Assembly (NCBI GenBank): GCA_951406725.2 | Contig: OX597828.1 | Location: 2,170,001-2,234,000 of the forward strand | Length of the DNA stretch: 64,000 nucleotides | DNA from: Octopus vulgaris | Taxonomy: Eukaryota | Reading direction: 5' to 3' | In this document: in pieces, positions 39,300 through 51,077 of the stretch | How the letters are laid out: each line of letters opens with the position of its first letter | How positions within the stretch are numbered: position 1 is the first letter of the stretch | Translations under genes and position numbers: made by a program | Notes under the pieces: model-generated | What the model saw: the letters and a program-made list of their open reading frames with translations, nothing else | Told to the model about the DNA's origin: nothing | Databases searched by the model: none

Positions 39300-40059
39300 T
39301 TGTAAGAATATATATAATAAGCGTAAAAAGTTATCGCCACTCTCGTTTTTATTGTTGTATACAATATTCTATTGACTACAGTGGTTTTTTACCTCAAGTC
39401 CAACATTGACCAAAAGTATTCCAGGTGAAGCTGTCTCGTAATTTTTTTCAGGAACAATATGTCTTGTATACTATCTAATGTGATCAGATATAAAACGGTA
39501 GAGAAAAACGTTGTTACAACGTCCTGGTTGGATCTTTTCCATTTGTTTTGATCGTAATTACTGCACAATATGGTATGTTTGAGTTTGTGTGTGAGCGTGC
39601 GTGCGCGCATATTTGTATGTTTGCATGTGACTGAGAGCGTGTCTGGAGATGTGTACATCTGTGTGCATTGTGTATATGAGTTTACACTTATTGCAGCTTC
39701 TATCTGGCATATGGTACTGATTCGGTAATCAACTTTCTACAAACACAGTCTATGGTCCAGTTTCATTTCTTTACTGCAATTCTTTCTGTATTTCAGAAAA
39801 GTATGGACGCCACAATTTTGAAGCTAGTAAAGGTGTTTAGATTCATGCAAGGCTAAAAGAATTACTTTATCACACTCTGGTATTATAGTATAATTGAATT
39901 GGTCTTATATACTGACCATTGGGAATTCCATGTATTTGAATATCCATCAGTGCACTCTGTGTAGTTTGGTTTTGTACTTTTATTCTGTATATAGCAGTGT
40001 GTGAGTGTGTGTGTGTGTGTTTGCATGTGTGTGTATGCATGTGTGTTGTGTGTGTGCGC

Positions 40060-40120
<61 letters not shown>

Positions 40121-42185
40121 TGTAGGTGAGATAAACATCGGAGACACTTTGCCTCTGCAGAAACTACAGGAGCTACGCAGAAGTATTGCAAATTCTTCTG
40201 AATCCTTCGCAATATCTGGAACCCTGCCGTCTGTTTATGTCCTTATTGTGCTTTGATATGTTTTGCTTATAATAGTTTCAGTTATGTATGACCATTGTAC
40301 ACGAATTTGTAGGTGCTTTTGTGCTACTTTAGTGTAGAATATATATGTTAATATGTATACGATTAAACATGTTATATGTAACTCCATCGATTTTGCTGGC
40401 TATCCAATTCTCATCCATTTGTACGTTTGTTCCTTCACCATGCCATATGATTATATTAAGAGAACCACACTGTCGAAGTGTAATGGCGGCAGCTTTATGA
40501 ATGAACCTGCTATTTCTCACAGTGTCCCACTTCACATATTTGTAAATAGGCGATGTGTGATGATTAAGTTAACTCATTTATAATTGATGAGAGCATTGCT
40601 GTAATGGCTGCAAATGTTCTTAGAGACAAAACCTAAGAGATAATAGCATTCCCAGTTTGATGAGTGGCGTACCTTAAACTACTTTATGCTGTTAAAGTTA
40701 TGGTATAATCACTAGCACAGTTAACCTCCTACACAGGACGACTCACAGACGCTCATACGAGAATTAAGTACAACATTGCTTTGATAAAGGATTATGTTCA
40801 ATCAAAAGCACCTCCCACAAAATTCTAGTTTTAATTAACCCAAATATTGTAACATGGAATTATTACAACAGAACGAAAGGGAAGAATAAATGCTACTCGT
40901 CAGTTTTTATTCTTTTCTATGTTGTTTCTTTTCTTCATTTCTTCCCTCCTCCCTACTTTCTTCAATGACTTTCAGTTTTTTTTTTTTCATTTCATTTTCT
41001 TTATTTCTCTTTATTTTTGGTTCTCATCTCTCTTTTTTCTTACTGCTTGACAGTTTGACTACATTTCAACTTACTACTATATCTTTCTTCTTTCATTTGA
41101 TTTGTAAAAAATTATTATTTCCTTTCCGACTCATATTTTCGTCTATAATTTTCTCCTTTTATCAGTTTCTTTTATTATTTTTTCAAGTTCCTCTTCTCTT
41201 CAAAATATTCTGTTCTACTAATCTAGTAGTATTTTCTTTTAATATGTTTAAATTTTTTGCTTTCAATTTTGTTCTAAATTTCTTGGAAATTCTTTTGTTC
41301 TTTGTTTTGTAACTGTTGTTTAAATATAATTTATTTTCCTTCTTTCTGCTTTCCAAGTCTTTCTATTTTCATATTTTCTCATTACTACTTATTTTACTTT
41401 ATTCTCCTTTCTACTGTTCATTGCAGCAATCTTCTAGTCTTCTCTTGATATCTCTCTTCACTCATAGCTAAGTTACTCTTTGTTGTAGAGGGGACTCGTT
41501 ATATTTAAACATTGGAAATATCCACAGCCAACAACATCAAATAGGTTTGTTTGCACAGCGGTTCTGTCCCGGTATGTGTACTTTGTTTTTGCTTTCCGTT
41601 TTTGTCTTATTTTTTTGCTTGTATTGTTATTACTTGCCTGTATTCCCATGTTCCTATTTGCATATGTACATAGCTTTAAGCACACACAGCATTAAACATA
41701 TTTTTGACACTGGCAAATGTGTGCCAACCATATTGCATTACATCCCGGCGAATCTGTGCTACAATTTCCTATTCACCACCACCTAAACCAATAGCAATAG
41801 TTCTACCATCACTGAATCACCACCACTTCCAACACTACTGTCACTAAAACTAAAATCACAGTCACAGATTTCACCACCTCCACAAATAAACCAAGCACCA
41901 CAACTAATACCGACACACACTAACGCTACCACATCCATTCTATTGCTAACAATGGCGAAATTGTTTTATTAATGCCTCTTTATATTTTTTTTCTTCGGTT
42001 AGTGATAGAAACACTAACAGACAGACGAGGTGGCTAGTTGAAATATATATGCGAATAGAATGACAGGGAATGTGAGAGCGTTTGATAGAGACAGACTTCG
42101 TTATACAGATGAAGATATATATATCTATATATCTATATATATCTATATATATCTATATATCTATATATATCTATATATATATATA

Positions 42186-42227
<42 letters not shown>

Positions 42228-42357
42228 TATATACATATACACATATATATATAAATACATCAATATACATATACATATATACATATACATATATATACAC
42301 ATACATATATATACACATATATATATATATGCCTATATATATGCATATATCTTATAG

Positions 42358-42388
<31 letters not shown>

Positions 42389-42390
42389 CA

Positions 42391-42954
42391 TAAACAATAT
42401 GAGAGACCACTGTGTGGACCCTTGTATGCTAAAAATAGACGTTAAACCGTCTTATAACGAAGTCTGTGTTCTCAAATTGGCAAGACGCTAGATGTTTACA
42501 AGCTAGACAAATGAAAAGAAATAACCATAGCACTTAATTCCATACCTTAAGGTTTCGACATGAACAATGCAATAATTGTCTGTGTTCTCTAGCCAGTTGA
42601 TTCACTGCCGAATATCATTCATTGCAGTTATTTTCTGGTTGAGCGCGCTAGTACGAGGGCGTTTGAATCGAAGTTAAAATACATGATATTGGAATGTATC
42701 CTCTCACGGAGACGGGTGGTGTCCAGTTCCATTGTTGTGTCAGCACCGATTTCAATTAGGAGACAGAAAAATTATTGAATGTCGAAGCCTTAAGGTAATG
42801 GAATTAAGCGCTATGTTTCTTTTTTTTTTTCATTTATGAAGCTAGTAAACATCTAGCGTCTTGCTAATTTGAGAACACAGATTTCATGGAAAGACAGTAT
42901 GACGTCTATTTTTAGCATACAAGAGATCCACATAGTGGTCTCTCATATTGTTTA
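42391..42954. repeat. Inverted repeat (~170-bp diverged arms, ~220-bp spacer)
   Basis: 42391-42561 is the diverged reverse complement of 42780-42954. Confidence 0.85.
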
Positions 42955-43059
42955 TATTAAAATAGAATTCACGGTCCTCAGACTTCTTTTAAGTATGCTG
43001 ACCACTGGTTGAAATTGATGTTATTTAATAATATTGATTTCTATTCTTATTATACACAT

Positions 43060-43156
<97 letters not shown>

Positions 43157-43172
43157 CATACGTACATACACA

Positions 43173-43266
<94 letters not shown>

Positions 43267-43339
43267 TACACACACAAGAAAATATTTTGAATGACACAAC
43301 GATGCACTATAATACAAACAATGGACGATATCCATAGTC

Positions 43340-44460
43340 TGATATGATATTTCGAAATAAAATTCCTTTTTCAGATACCCCTAGGAAATTGATGAAGTCG
43401 CTGCTATAATCGGTTTTCCAGCGGCTTTTCTTTGTTTTCTCAGAAGCGTCTCAGCAGTGGTCTCACGAAGCTCCTTGCGGAATTTCTCATGAGAAGTGCG
43501 TGAGGTCGGCCATGTCTCAATCTCGTGTGTGTTGGCACATCTTTAGCGCTGCTTCTAAGTCATGTGTTATACGTTCAGCTTCCCTTTTTTTCCCTTCTTT
43601 CTTTTCCTCTTTTTTTTTTGTTATAAACAATACATGAGCATGTTATCAAAAATGAAGCTACACGCATCCAGATGTAGCTAAATAATATATTGATTACCAA
43701 CCTCCAGCCTGTTGTTAATTTGGGTCCTAGTCTGTGTATGAGTATAGCTTCCTTAATTTTTAAATTACCCAAATTTCTTTCATTGGTCTCAATTGTAACT
43801 GTTATGCGTTTGTCGGTGTTCCGGCATCTGTCTAGATGTTTTCTGAAGGAGGAGGCTCTAGTGTTCAGATGTTCTTTGATGCGGACGTGTAACGGTCTTA
43901 TTGTGCAATCCACTTGTTGCATTTGTTACATTGTGCTCTATACACAACATTTACCCGTTGGCATAAATCTGTGTCACGGATCGGACAGTTTGTTAGTGTG
44001 CATTGATTTTTGTCCCTTGTTCGTTTCTTTGCTAGGTGTCTTCTCAGAGAGGGGCCAGAATGGGCAAGTTGTATGTCTAGCCCTTCTCATCTTATGGTTC
44101 TTCAGATGGCTGTGGTTATCCTCTCGCTAAAATGGGGTATTTTAAGGAAGCATGTGCTGCTGGGCTTTCTGTGTTCGGTGTGTTGGTCGTCTTGGGTACT
44201 TAAGCTGACTTACAATGGATCTAGGGTACCCGTTGGTTTTCAATGTATCTAGGAAGCGTGTAGTGCGAATCATCTTGTCCTCTGTTTTGCTGCCCTTGCC
44301 TTGGATGCGTGCAAGTTCATTTCTGGCGTATCCTCTTATGGTACCGAGCGGAAGTGCTGAATTGTACTGAACAAACATATCTCTACTGGCTGCTTTCCTG
44401 TAGAACTCAGTGTGGACCTCTCCTTCTTCCGTTATATTCAGTTAGAAGTCAAATTCTCTG
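43340..44460 (-). mobile_element. Penelope-like element 3' portion (RT thumb, GIY-YIG and terminal hammerhead remnant)
   Basis: EFYRKAASRDMFVQYNSALP..LKTNGYP (44142-44420) and TIRPLHVRIKEHL..LKIKEAILIHRLGPKL (43575-43922). Downstream on the minus strand: GUAU-CUGAAAA-AGGAA..UUUC-GAAAU-AUC-AUAU (43342-43378). Confidence 0.85.
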
Positions 44461-44597
44461 AAATAATACGTCTGTAATACGTCAACCATTGAACATACAT
44501 ACCGAAGAACAACTGAAGGTATTGACCGATGCTACCACCTCTGCGTTGACCAAGACAAGAAGCGCTTCAAACTTAAATTCATAGGATCGCGTTACGA

Positions 44598-44985
44598 TTC
44601 CCAGACCAGGCGTTGTGAAAGTTTATTGAGCGAAAACACCTAAAAGCTCCACGTTGTCCGGCAGGGGTTGGTGGCAAACCCTGCTGTACTCTTTCACAAC
44701 AAATTTCTCAAATTTTCTCTCCCTGTTTCTGTTGTACCTGTATTTCAAGGGCCAGCCTTGTCACACTGAATTTCCTTGAGAACTACGTTGAGGGTACACG
44801 TGTCTGTGGAGTGCTCCGGCGCTTGAACGTTAATTTCACGAGCAGGCTGTTTCGTTGATTGGATCAACTGGAACCCCCATCGTGGTTACCGAAGGAGTGC
44901 CGTAGTATATATATAACATTATATATTATTTCTTTATTATATATATATATATAATAAAGAAATAATATATAATGTTATATAATGT

Positions 44986-45045
<60 letters not shown>

Positions 45046-45182
45046 CCGAGGTCGACTTTGCCTTTCATCCTATCGGGGTCGATACATAAAGTACCAGTTT
45101 CGCTCTGGGGTCGATGTAATCGACTTAATCCCTTTATCTGTCCTTGTTTGTCCCCTCTATGTTTAGCCCCTTGTGGGCAGTA

Positions 45183-45234
<52 letters not shown>

Positions 45235-45383
45235 CATATATAGACATATGTAGATATAGATATATGCATATATATATATATCAACATTATATATATATAT
45301 ATATATTATATATATGTATATATATTCATATATATATGTATATATGTATATATGTACATATGTATATATATATGTATATGTAT

Positions 45384-45435
<52 letters not shown>

Positions 45436-45850
45436 ACTGGAACCCCCATCGTAGTTACCGACGGAGTGCCGTATTATATATATAACATTATATATTATTT
45501 CTTTATTAACACTGCCAGATCAGACTGGGCCTAGCGCAGCCTCCTGGCTTCCCAGACCCCAGTTGAACCGTCCAACCCATGCTAGCATGGAAAACGGACG
45601 TTAAACGATGATGATGATGATATATATATATATTTATGATTATATATGTCTACCAAATCCACTCACCAGGCTTTGGTCGGCCCGAGGCTATAGTAGAAGA
45701 CATTTGCCCAGTAAGGCTGAACCCGGGGCCATGTGGTTGGTAAGCAAGCTACTTGCCATACAGCGACGGTTGCGACGGTTACGACAACGAGGGTTCCAGC
45801 TGATCCGATCAACGGAACAGCCTGCTCATGAAATTAACTTCCAGTGGGTT
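44598..45850. mobile_element. Cluster of SINE fragments and (TA)n, with a local duplication and palindrome
   Basis: SINE body at 44598-44905 (+), SINE at 45043-45181 (+) and minus-strand fragments at 45510-45840. 44863-44939 is duplicated at 45432-45508. Palindrome at 44908-44980. Confidence 0.65.
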
Positions 45851-45899
45851 TTCCTGCACAGATGTTCAAAAGAACGGACGTATTTTTCTCTCTCTGTCT

Positions 45900-45986
45900 T
45901 CTTTAAAAAGCCACATAAGATGCCATGATGGTTTTAAGGTGTAGGTACAGGAGGTGGTCAAACCCTGCATACAAATATGTATATAC

Positions 45987-46048
<62 letters not shown>

Positions 46049-46790
46049 GATGGCTGCCCCCTCGTTATCGAATATGGCCATTCCACGAAGCTTAACTGTT
46101 ATTGGTCCTGTGATCGAATGTGACTTTTTAACCCAGCTAAAGATCTACAATGTCTTGCAGCTAAAACCTTTACCGGTAATAGCCGGCTGTAGTTGTAACT
46201 GGACTTCATGTACCTTTGCATGTCGTTTAAGTCCTTCTGCCGAATTACACTCTCTTCCACACGCCTGACAGACATGATTAGTATGGTGTGTAACACCACC
46301 ATTAGTGGCCAGGTTGTCACTCATCTGTCTCGCTTTATGACTAAGAAGATGACTCTTGAGTCCAGCTTTACTGAGGCAGGGTCTTGCACAGACACTGCAT
46401 GTCAGCATCATGGGAAGACCCTTCCCATCAGGAAGTGTAACAGCGATGCCCTTCCTGACATCCCTCCTTACTTTCTCATGCGCAACTCGAGATTTCTCAA
46501 AAGTAGCTGTCCCCTCGTGCACAATCCTTCACCACCTGCTACGATCAATATCTATGCCCTCCCATGTGTCAGGAGAGATGCAAGCATCTCTTAAGGAAGC
46601 CTTCAGCAAGTCCTTATACCTCTTTTTTGGTTTATGTGGAGGTCGTTCTCCTTTAGCTAACTCTCCATAAAAGAGTTGTTTTGGCATCCTTGAATCCTTT
46701 ATGCTGACCCGATGACCACTCCATCTGAGCCTTTGCTTTAACACAAGAGCATCTATACTTTCACACCGAGTTTTGTCAGGAAAGCAACAG
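45900..46790 (-). mobile_element. RTE/BovB-like LINE 3' fragment with C2H2 zinc fingers
   Basis: QRLRWSGH..SRMPKQLFYGEL..KPKKRYKD..DRSRW (46529-46819), then CSVC..HLLSH, CQAC..HAKVH and a frameshifted third finger (46099-46522). Confidence 0.88.
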
Positions 46791-46912
46791 TAAAGGGAAG
46801 TGTTGCATAGGGAACTCAAGGATGTAAAATCACGTGTGAGGCAAAGGCTCTCTCAGATGAGGGATACATGGTGGAGTAAGAAGGCTGATGAGATACAGGT
46901 GGCGTCGGTTTC
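46790..46912 (+). mobile_element. Inverted upstream segment of an RTE-like LINE
   Basis: ELKDVKSRVRQRLSQMRDTWWSKKADEIQ is a typical RTE EN-RT linker, on the strand opposite the adjacent 3' fragment. Confidence 0.7.
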
Positions 46913-47001
46913 CAATATACATACATACATACATGCATACATACATACATACATACATACATGCATACATACATACATACATACATACATACATACATAC
47001 A

Positions 47002-47037
<36 letters not shown>

Positions 47038-47494
47038 TTGTCCCAAAATAATCTGTATTTTTGTTATTTTTTATTTGCCCTGTCCGTGTGAGCTAACAAT
47101 CGTACTGACTTTCATGGTAAGCATGTATTTTCGTGGTTGAAACCTTTTGGATTAACTGGTGCTAGAGTGAGCAATATAGTGACCACTCTCTTATATTTAT
47201 TTTGTAAAAATATTATAATATGTTATAAAATATTATAATAATCCAGGTTTCTCGAAGCACTAGGCCACTTGGTGTTGAATAAATATACTATTAAATTAGT
47301 ATCTAATTCTCTCACCCTTATTAATTAATTATAATTATGCTGCATTTATTTCTAAATGCTGTATTTGTTTTCCGTGAAAGTTTGGCGCGCTGTTGGTTGG
47401 GGCATTTGAATTATAACGTCGGATGTAATCAATTGAACCACACGCGTATTTATCGTTATGGTAAAATCTGGCGTGTGATTGAGTGGATTTCATC

Positions 47495-47591
47495 CAGATA
47501 GTCTTGGCTGACGAGCTACAAATGGATTTTTTTTGTAAGTAAAATTACATTTAATTCATTAATAGCGAAACAATTGTCCCAAAATAATCTG
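47495..47591 (+). ncRNA. Type I hammerhead ribozyme, array junction 1
   Basis: CAGAU-agUc-UUGG | CUGACGA(47508) | GCUA..UAGC | GAAAC(47567) | AAUU | GUC^(47578) | CCAA-aaUa-AUCUG. Confidence 0.92.
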
Positions 47592-48030
47592 TATTTTTGT
47601 TATTTTTTATTTGCCCTGTCCGTGTGAGCTAACAATCGTACTGACTTTCATGGTAAGCATGTATTTTCGTGGTTGAAACCTTTTGGATTAACTGGTGCTA
47701 GAGTGAGCAATATAGTGACCACTCTCTTATATTTATTTTGTAAAAATATTATAATATGTTATAAAATATTATAATAATCCAGGTTTCTCGAAGCACTAGG
47801 CCACTTGGTGTTGAATAAATATACTATTAAATTAGTATCTAATTCTCTCACCCTTATTAATTAATTATAATTATGCTGCATTTATTTCTAAATGCTGTAT
47901 TTGTTTTCCGTGAAAGTTTGGCGCGCTGTTGGTTGGGGCATTTGAATTATAACGTCGGATGTAATCAATTGAACCACACGCGTATTTATCGTTATGGTAA
48001 AATCTGGCGTGTGATTGAGTGGATTTCATC

Positions 48031-48128
48031 CAGATAGTCTTGGCTGACGAGCTACAAATGGATTTTTTTTTGTAAGTAAAATTACATTTAATTCATTAAT
48101 AGCGAAACAATTGTCCCAAAATAATCTG
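48031..48128 (+). ncRNA. Type I hammerhead ribozyme, array junction 2
   Basis: Same motif; CTGACGA at 48044, predicted cleavage after 48115. Confidence 0.92.
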
Positions 48129-48567
48129 TATTTTTGTTATTTTTTATTTGCCCTGTCCGTGTGAGCTAACAATCGTACTGACTTTCATGGTAAGCATGTA
48201 TTTTCGTGGTTGAAACCTTTTGGATTAACTGGTGCTAGAGTGAGCAATATAGTGACCACTCTCTTATATTTATTTTGTAAAAATATTATAATATGTTATA
48301 AAATATTATAATAATCCAGGTTTCTCGAAGCACTAGGCCACTTGGTGTTGAATAAATATACTATTAAATTAGTATCTAATTCTCTCACCCTTATTAATTA
48401 ATTATAATTATGCTGCATTTATTTCTAAATGCTGTATTTGTTTTCCGTGAAAGTTTGGCGCGCTGTTGGTTGGGGCATTTGAATTATAACGTCGGATGTA
48501 ATCAATTGAACCACACGCGTATTTATCGTTATGGTAAAATCTGGCGTGTGATTGAGTGGATTTCATC

Positions 48568-48664
48568 CAGATAGTCTTGGCTGACGAGCTACAAATGGAT
48601 TTTTTTTGTAAGTAAAATTACATTTAATTCATTAATAGCGAAACAATTGTCCCAAAATAATCTG
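48568..48664 (+). ncRNA. Type I hammerhead ribozyme, array junction 3
   Basis: Same motif; CTGACGA at 48581, predicted cleavage after 48651. Confidence 0.92.
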
Positions 48665-49103
48665 TATTTTTGTTATTTTTTATTTGCCCTGTCCGTGTGA
48701 GCTAACAATCGTACTGACTTTCATGGTAAGCATGTATTTTCGTGGTTGAAACCTTTTGGATTAACTGGTGCTAGAGTGAGCAATATAGTGACCACTCTCT
48801 TATATTTATTTTGTAAAAATATTATAATATGTTATAAAATATTATAATAATCCAGGTTTCTCGAAGCACTAGGCCACTTGGTGTTGAATAAATATACTAT
48901 TAAATTAGTATCTAATTCTCTCACCCTTATTAATTAATTATAATTATGCTGCATTTATTTCTAAATGCTGTATTTGTTTTCCGTGAAAGTTTGGCGCGCT
49001 GTTGGTTGGGGCATTTGAATTATAACGTCGGATGTAATCAATTGAACCACACGCGTATTTATCGTTATGGTAAAATCTGGCGTGTGATTGAGTGGATTTC
49101 ATC

Positions 49104-49201
49104 CAGATAGTCTTGGCTGACGAGCTACAAATGGATTTTTTTTTGTAAGTAAAATTACATTTAATTCATTAATAGCGAAACAATTGTCCCAAAATAATCT
49201 G
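49104..49201 (+). ncRNA. Type I hammerhead ribozyme, array junction 4
   Basis: Same motif; CTGACGA at 49117, predicted cleavage after 49188. Confidence 0.92.
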
Positions 49202-49640
49202 TATTTTTGTTATTTTTTATTTGCCCTGTCCGTGTGAGCTAACAATCGTACTGACTTTCATGGTAAGCATGTATTTTCGTGGTTGAAACCTTTTGGATTA
49301 ACTGGTGCTAGAGTGAGCAATATAGTGACCACTCTCTTATATTTATTTTGTAAAAATATTATAATATGTTATAAAATATTATAATAATCCAGGTTTCTCG
49401 AAGCACTAGGCCACTTGGTGTTGAATAAATATACTATTAAATTAGTATCTAATTCTCTCACCCTTATTAATTAATTATAATTATGCTGCATTTATTTCTA
49501 AATGCTGTATTTGTTTTCCGTGAAAGTTTGGCGCGCTGTTGGTTGGGGCATTTGAATTATAACGTCGGATGTAATCAATTGAACCACACGCGTATTTATC
49601 GTTATGGTAAAATCTGGCGTGTGATTGAGTGGATTTCATC

Positions 49641-49737
49641 CAGATAGTCTTGGCTGACGAGCTACAAATGGATTTTTTTTGTAAGTAAAATTACATTTAA
49701 TTCATTAATAGCGAAACAATTGTCCCAAAATAATCTG
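49641..49737 (+). ncRNA. Type I hammerhead ribozyme, array junction 5
   Basis: Same motif; CTGACGA at 49654, predicted cleavage after 49724. Confidence 0.92.
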
Positions 49738-49879
49738 TATTTTTGTTATTTTTTATTTGCCCTGTCCGTGTGAGCTAACAATCGTACTGACTTTCATGGT
49801 AAGCATGTATTTTCGTGGTTGAAACCTTTTGGATTAACTGGTGCTAGAGTGAGCAATATAGTGACCACTCTCTTATATT

Positions 49880-49934
<55 letters not shown>

Positions 49935-50015
49935 ATATAATATAATATATATACATGCATATATGGGTACAGGACTTCACCTATGGTGAAAATAACGAGA
50001 TAAATACAAAATATA

Positions 50016-50166
50016 GACTGTAATTACAGGTCAAAACTGGTGAAATACGTAAACAACGAGAAAAAATGGAAAACAGGACAAGTTAACATAGAAAAGACAT
50101 TAACTGTTTTCCAGTTTCCCTCGTTGGTTTACGTGTTTCACTCGTTTTTGCCCTGTAATTACTGTC
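50016..50166. repeat. Short diverged inverted repeat; the left part is also inverted at ~50900-51014
   Basis: GTAATTACAGG..AAACAACGAG..GGAAAACAG versus CTGTTTTCC..CTCGTTGGTTT..CCTGTAATTAC. Confidence 0.7.
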
Positions 50167-50218
50167 CACGTATTGTATACACATACACACACACACATAT
50201 ATATATATACATACATAC

Positions 50219-50254
<36 letters not shown>

Positions 50255-50288
50255 ATATACACATATATATATATATACATATATGTAT

Positions 50289-50321
<33 letters not shown>

Positions 50322-50354
50322 CATACACACATATATATACATATATATAAAATG

Positions 50355-50570
50355 TCGCATTCAAAATGTGACCGCGTGTGTACCGCTGACGATTTTTTTC
50401 CTCTATCTTCCCTTCTCTGGATCTTTCCTTCTCCTATGTTTCCGACGAAGAGCTCCGCTCGAAACGTTAAACCCTCCTTCTTTCCTTCTTTGCTGAGCAT
50501 CCAATAATACTATATTTGTTCCACGTCCTCGCGTTGCTTTTTGTGCTTTCTTGTTTGGATTAACTTTATA
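50355..50570 (+). mobile_element. Family A hammerhead-bearing repeat, copy 2
   Basis: GTTT-CCGACGA-A-GAGC-TCC-GCTC-GAAAC-GTT-AAAC (core U4 changed to C). Confidence 0.8.
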
Positions 50571-50593
50571 CATATATATATATATATACATAT

Positions 50594-50662
<69 letters not shown>

Positions 50663-51077
50663 TATATACATATATAAATACAACTTGGATTATGAATTAA
50701 AGTTCGTCTTCACTTACAATTTTCCGTTTCCTTGTATGTCTCCACTGTCATTTTTTTGTTCCCAACTTTGACCCTCCATAAGCCCTAAATTTTATGTTTT
50801 TAATTTATGGGAGCAACTGTTTTTGAAGTCTCATACTGTCGTTGGATACTCGAAATGAGGAGTAGATAGACAACCGACAACTGATGAAGGGTCGTTCTCT
50901 GTCTTTACTTACCTGTTTTCCATTTTTCTCTCGTTGTTTGTGTATTTAACTCGTTTGTTTTCGTACTTCATGTTGTTTACACAGTTGGTGACGTCCTATA
51001 CCCATATATGCATATTTATAGTGAGCACAAGTGTGCACCTACGCCGCTATATGTATATATCAATATTAAAAAAATGG

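Larger units (their letters stand above)
47037..49885 (+). mobile_element. Retrozyme-like tandem array: ~5.3 near-identical 536/537-bp non-coding units, each junction with a hammerhead ribozyme
   Basis: Unit start TCCCAAAATAATCTG recurs at 47041, 47577, 48114, 48650, 49187 and 49723. The only difference I saw is a T8/T9 run. No ORF of 60 aa or more lies within the array. Flanked by (TACA)n/(TA)n. Confidence 0.9.

Noticed and set aside
40580-40730. Hammerhead-like TTGATGA boxes with stems; also CTGATGAAGGG at 50881 and CTGACGA at 30724
   Set aside because: No properly placed GAAA box or cleavage triplet; at best dead remnants.
46145-46522. Host C2H2 zinc-finger gene
   Set aside because: Contiguous with an RTE RT C-terminus, lacks TGEKP linkers and is frameshifted.
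47379-47392. E2F-like site TTTGGCGCGC in each array unit as an internal promoter
   Set aside because: A single short motif is not enough evidence without expression data.
47037-49885. CRISPR array, rDNA/5S or snRNA tandem genes, or coding repeat
   Set aside because: Units are wholly identical with no unique spacers, there is no rRNA/snRNA similarity or Pol III boxes, and no ORF of 60 aa or more. The context is eukaryotic.
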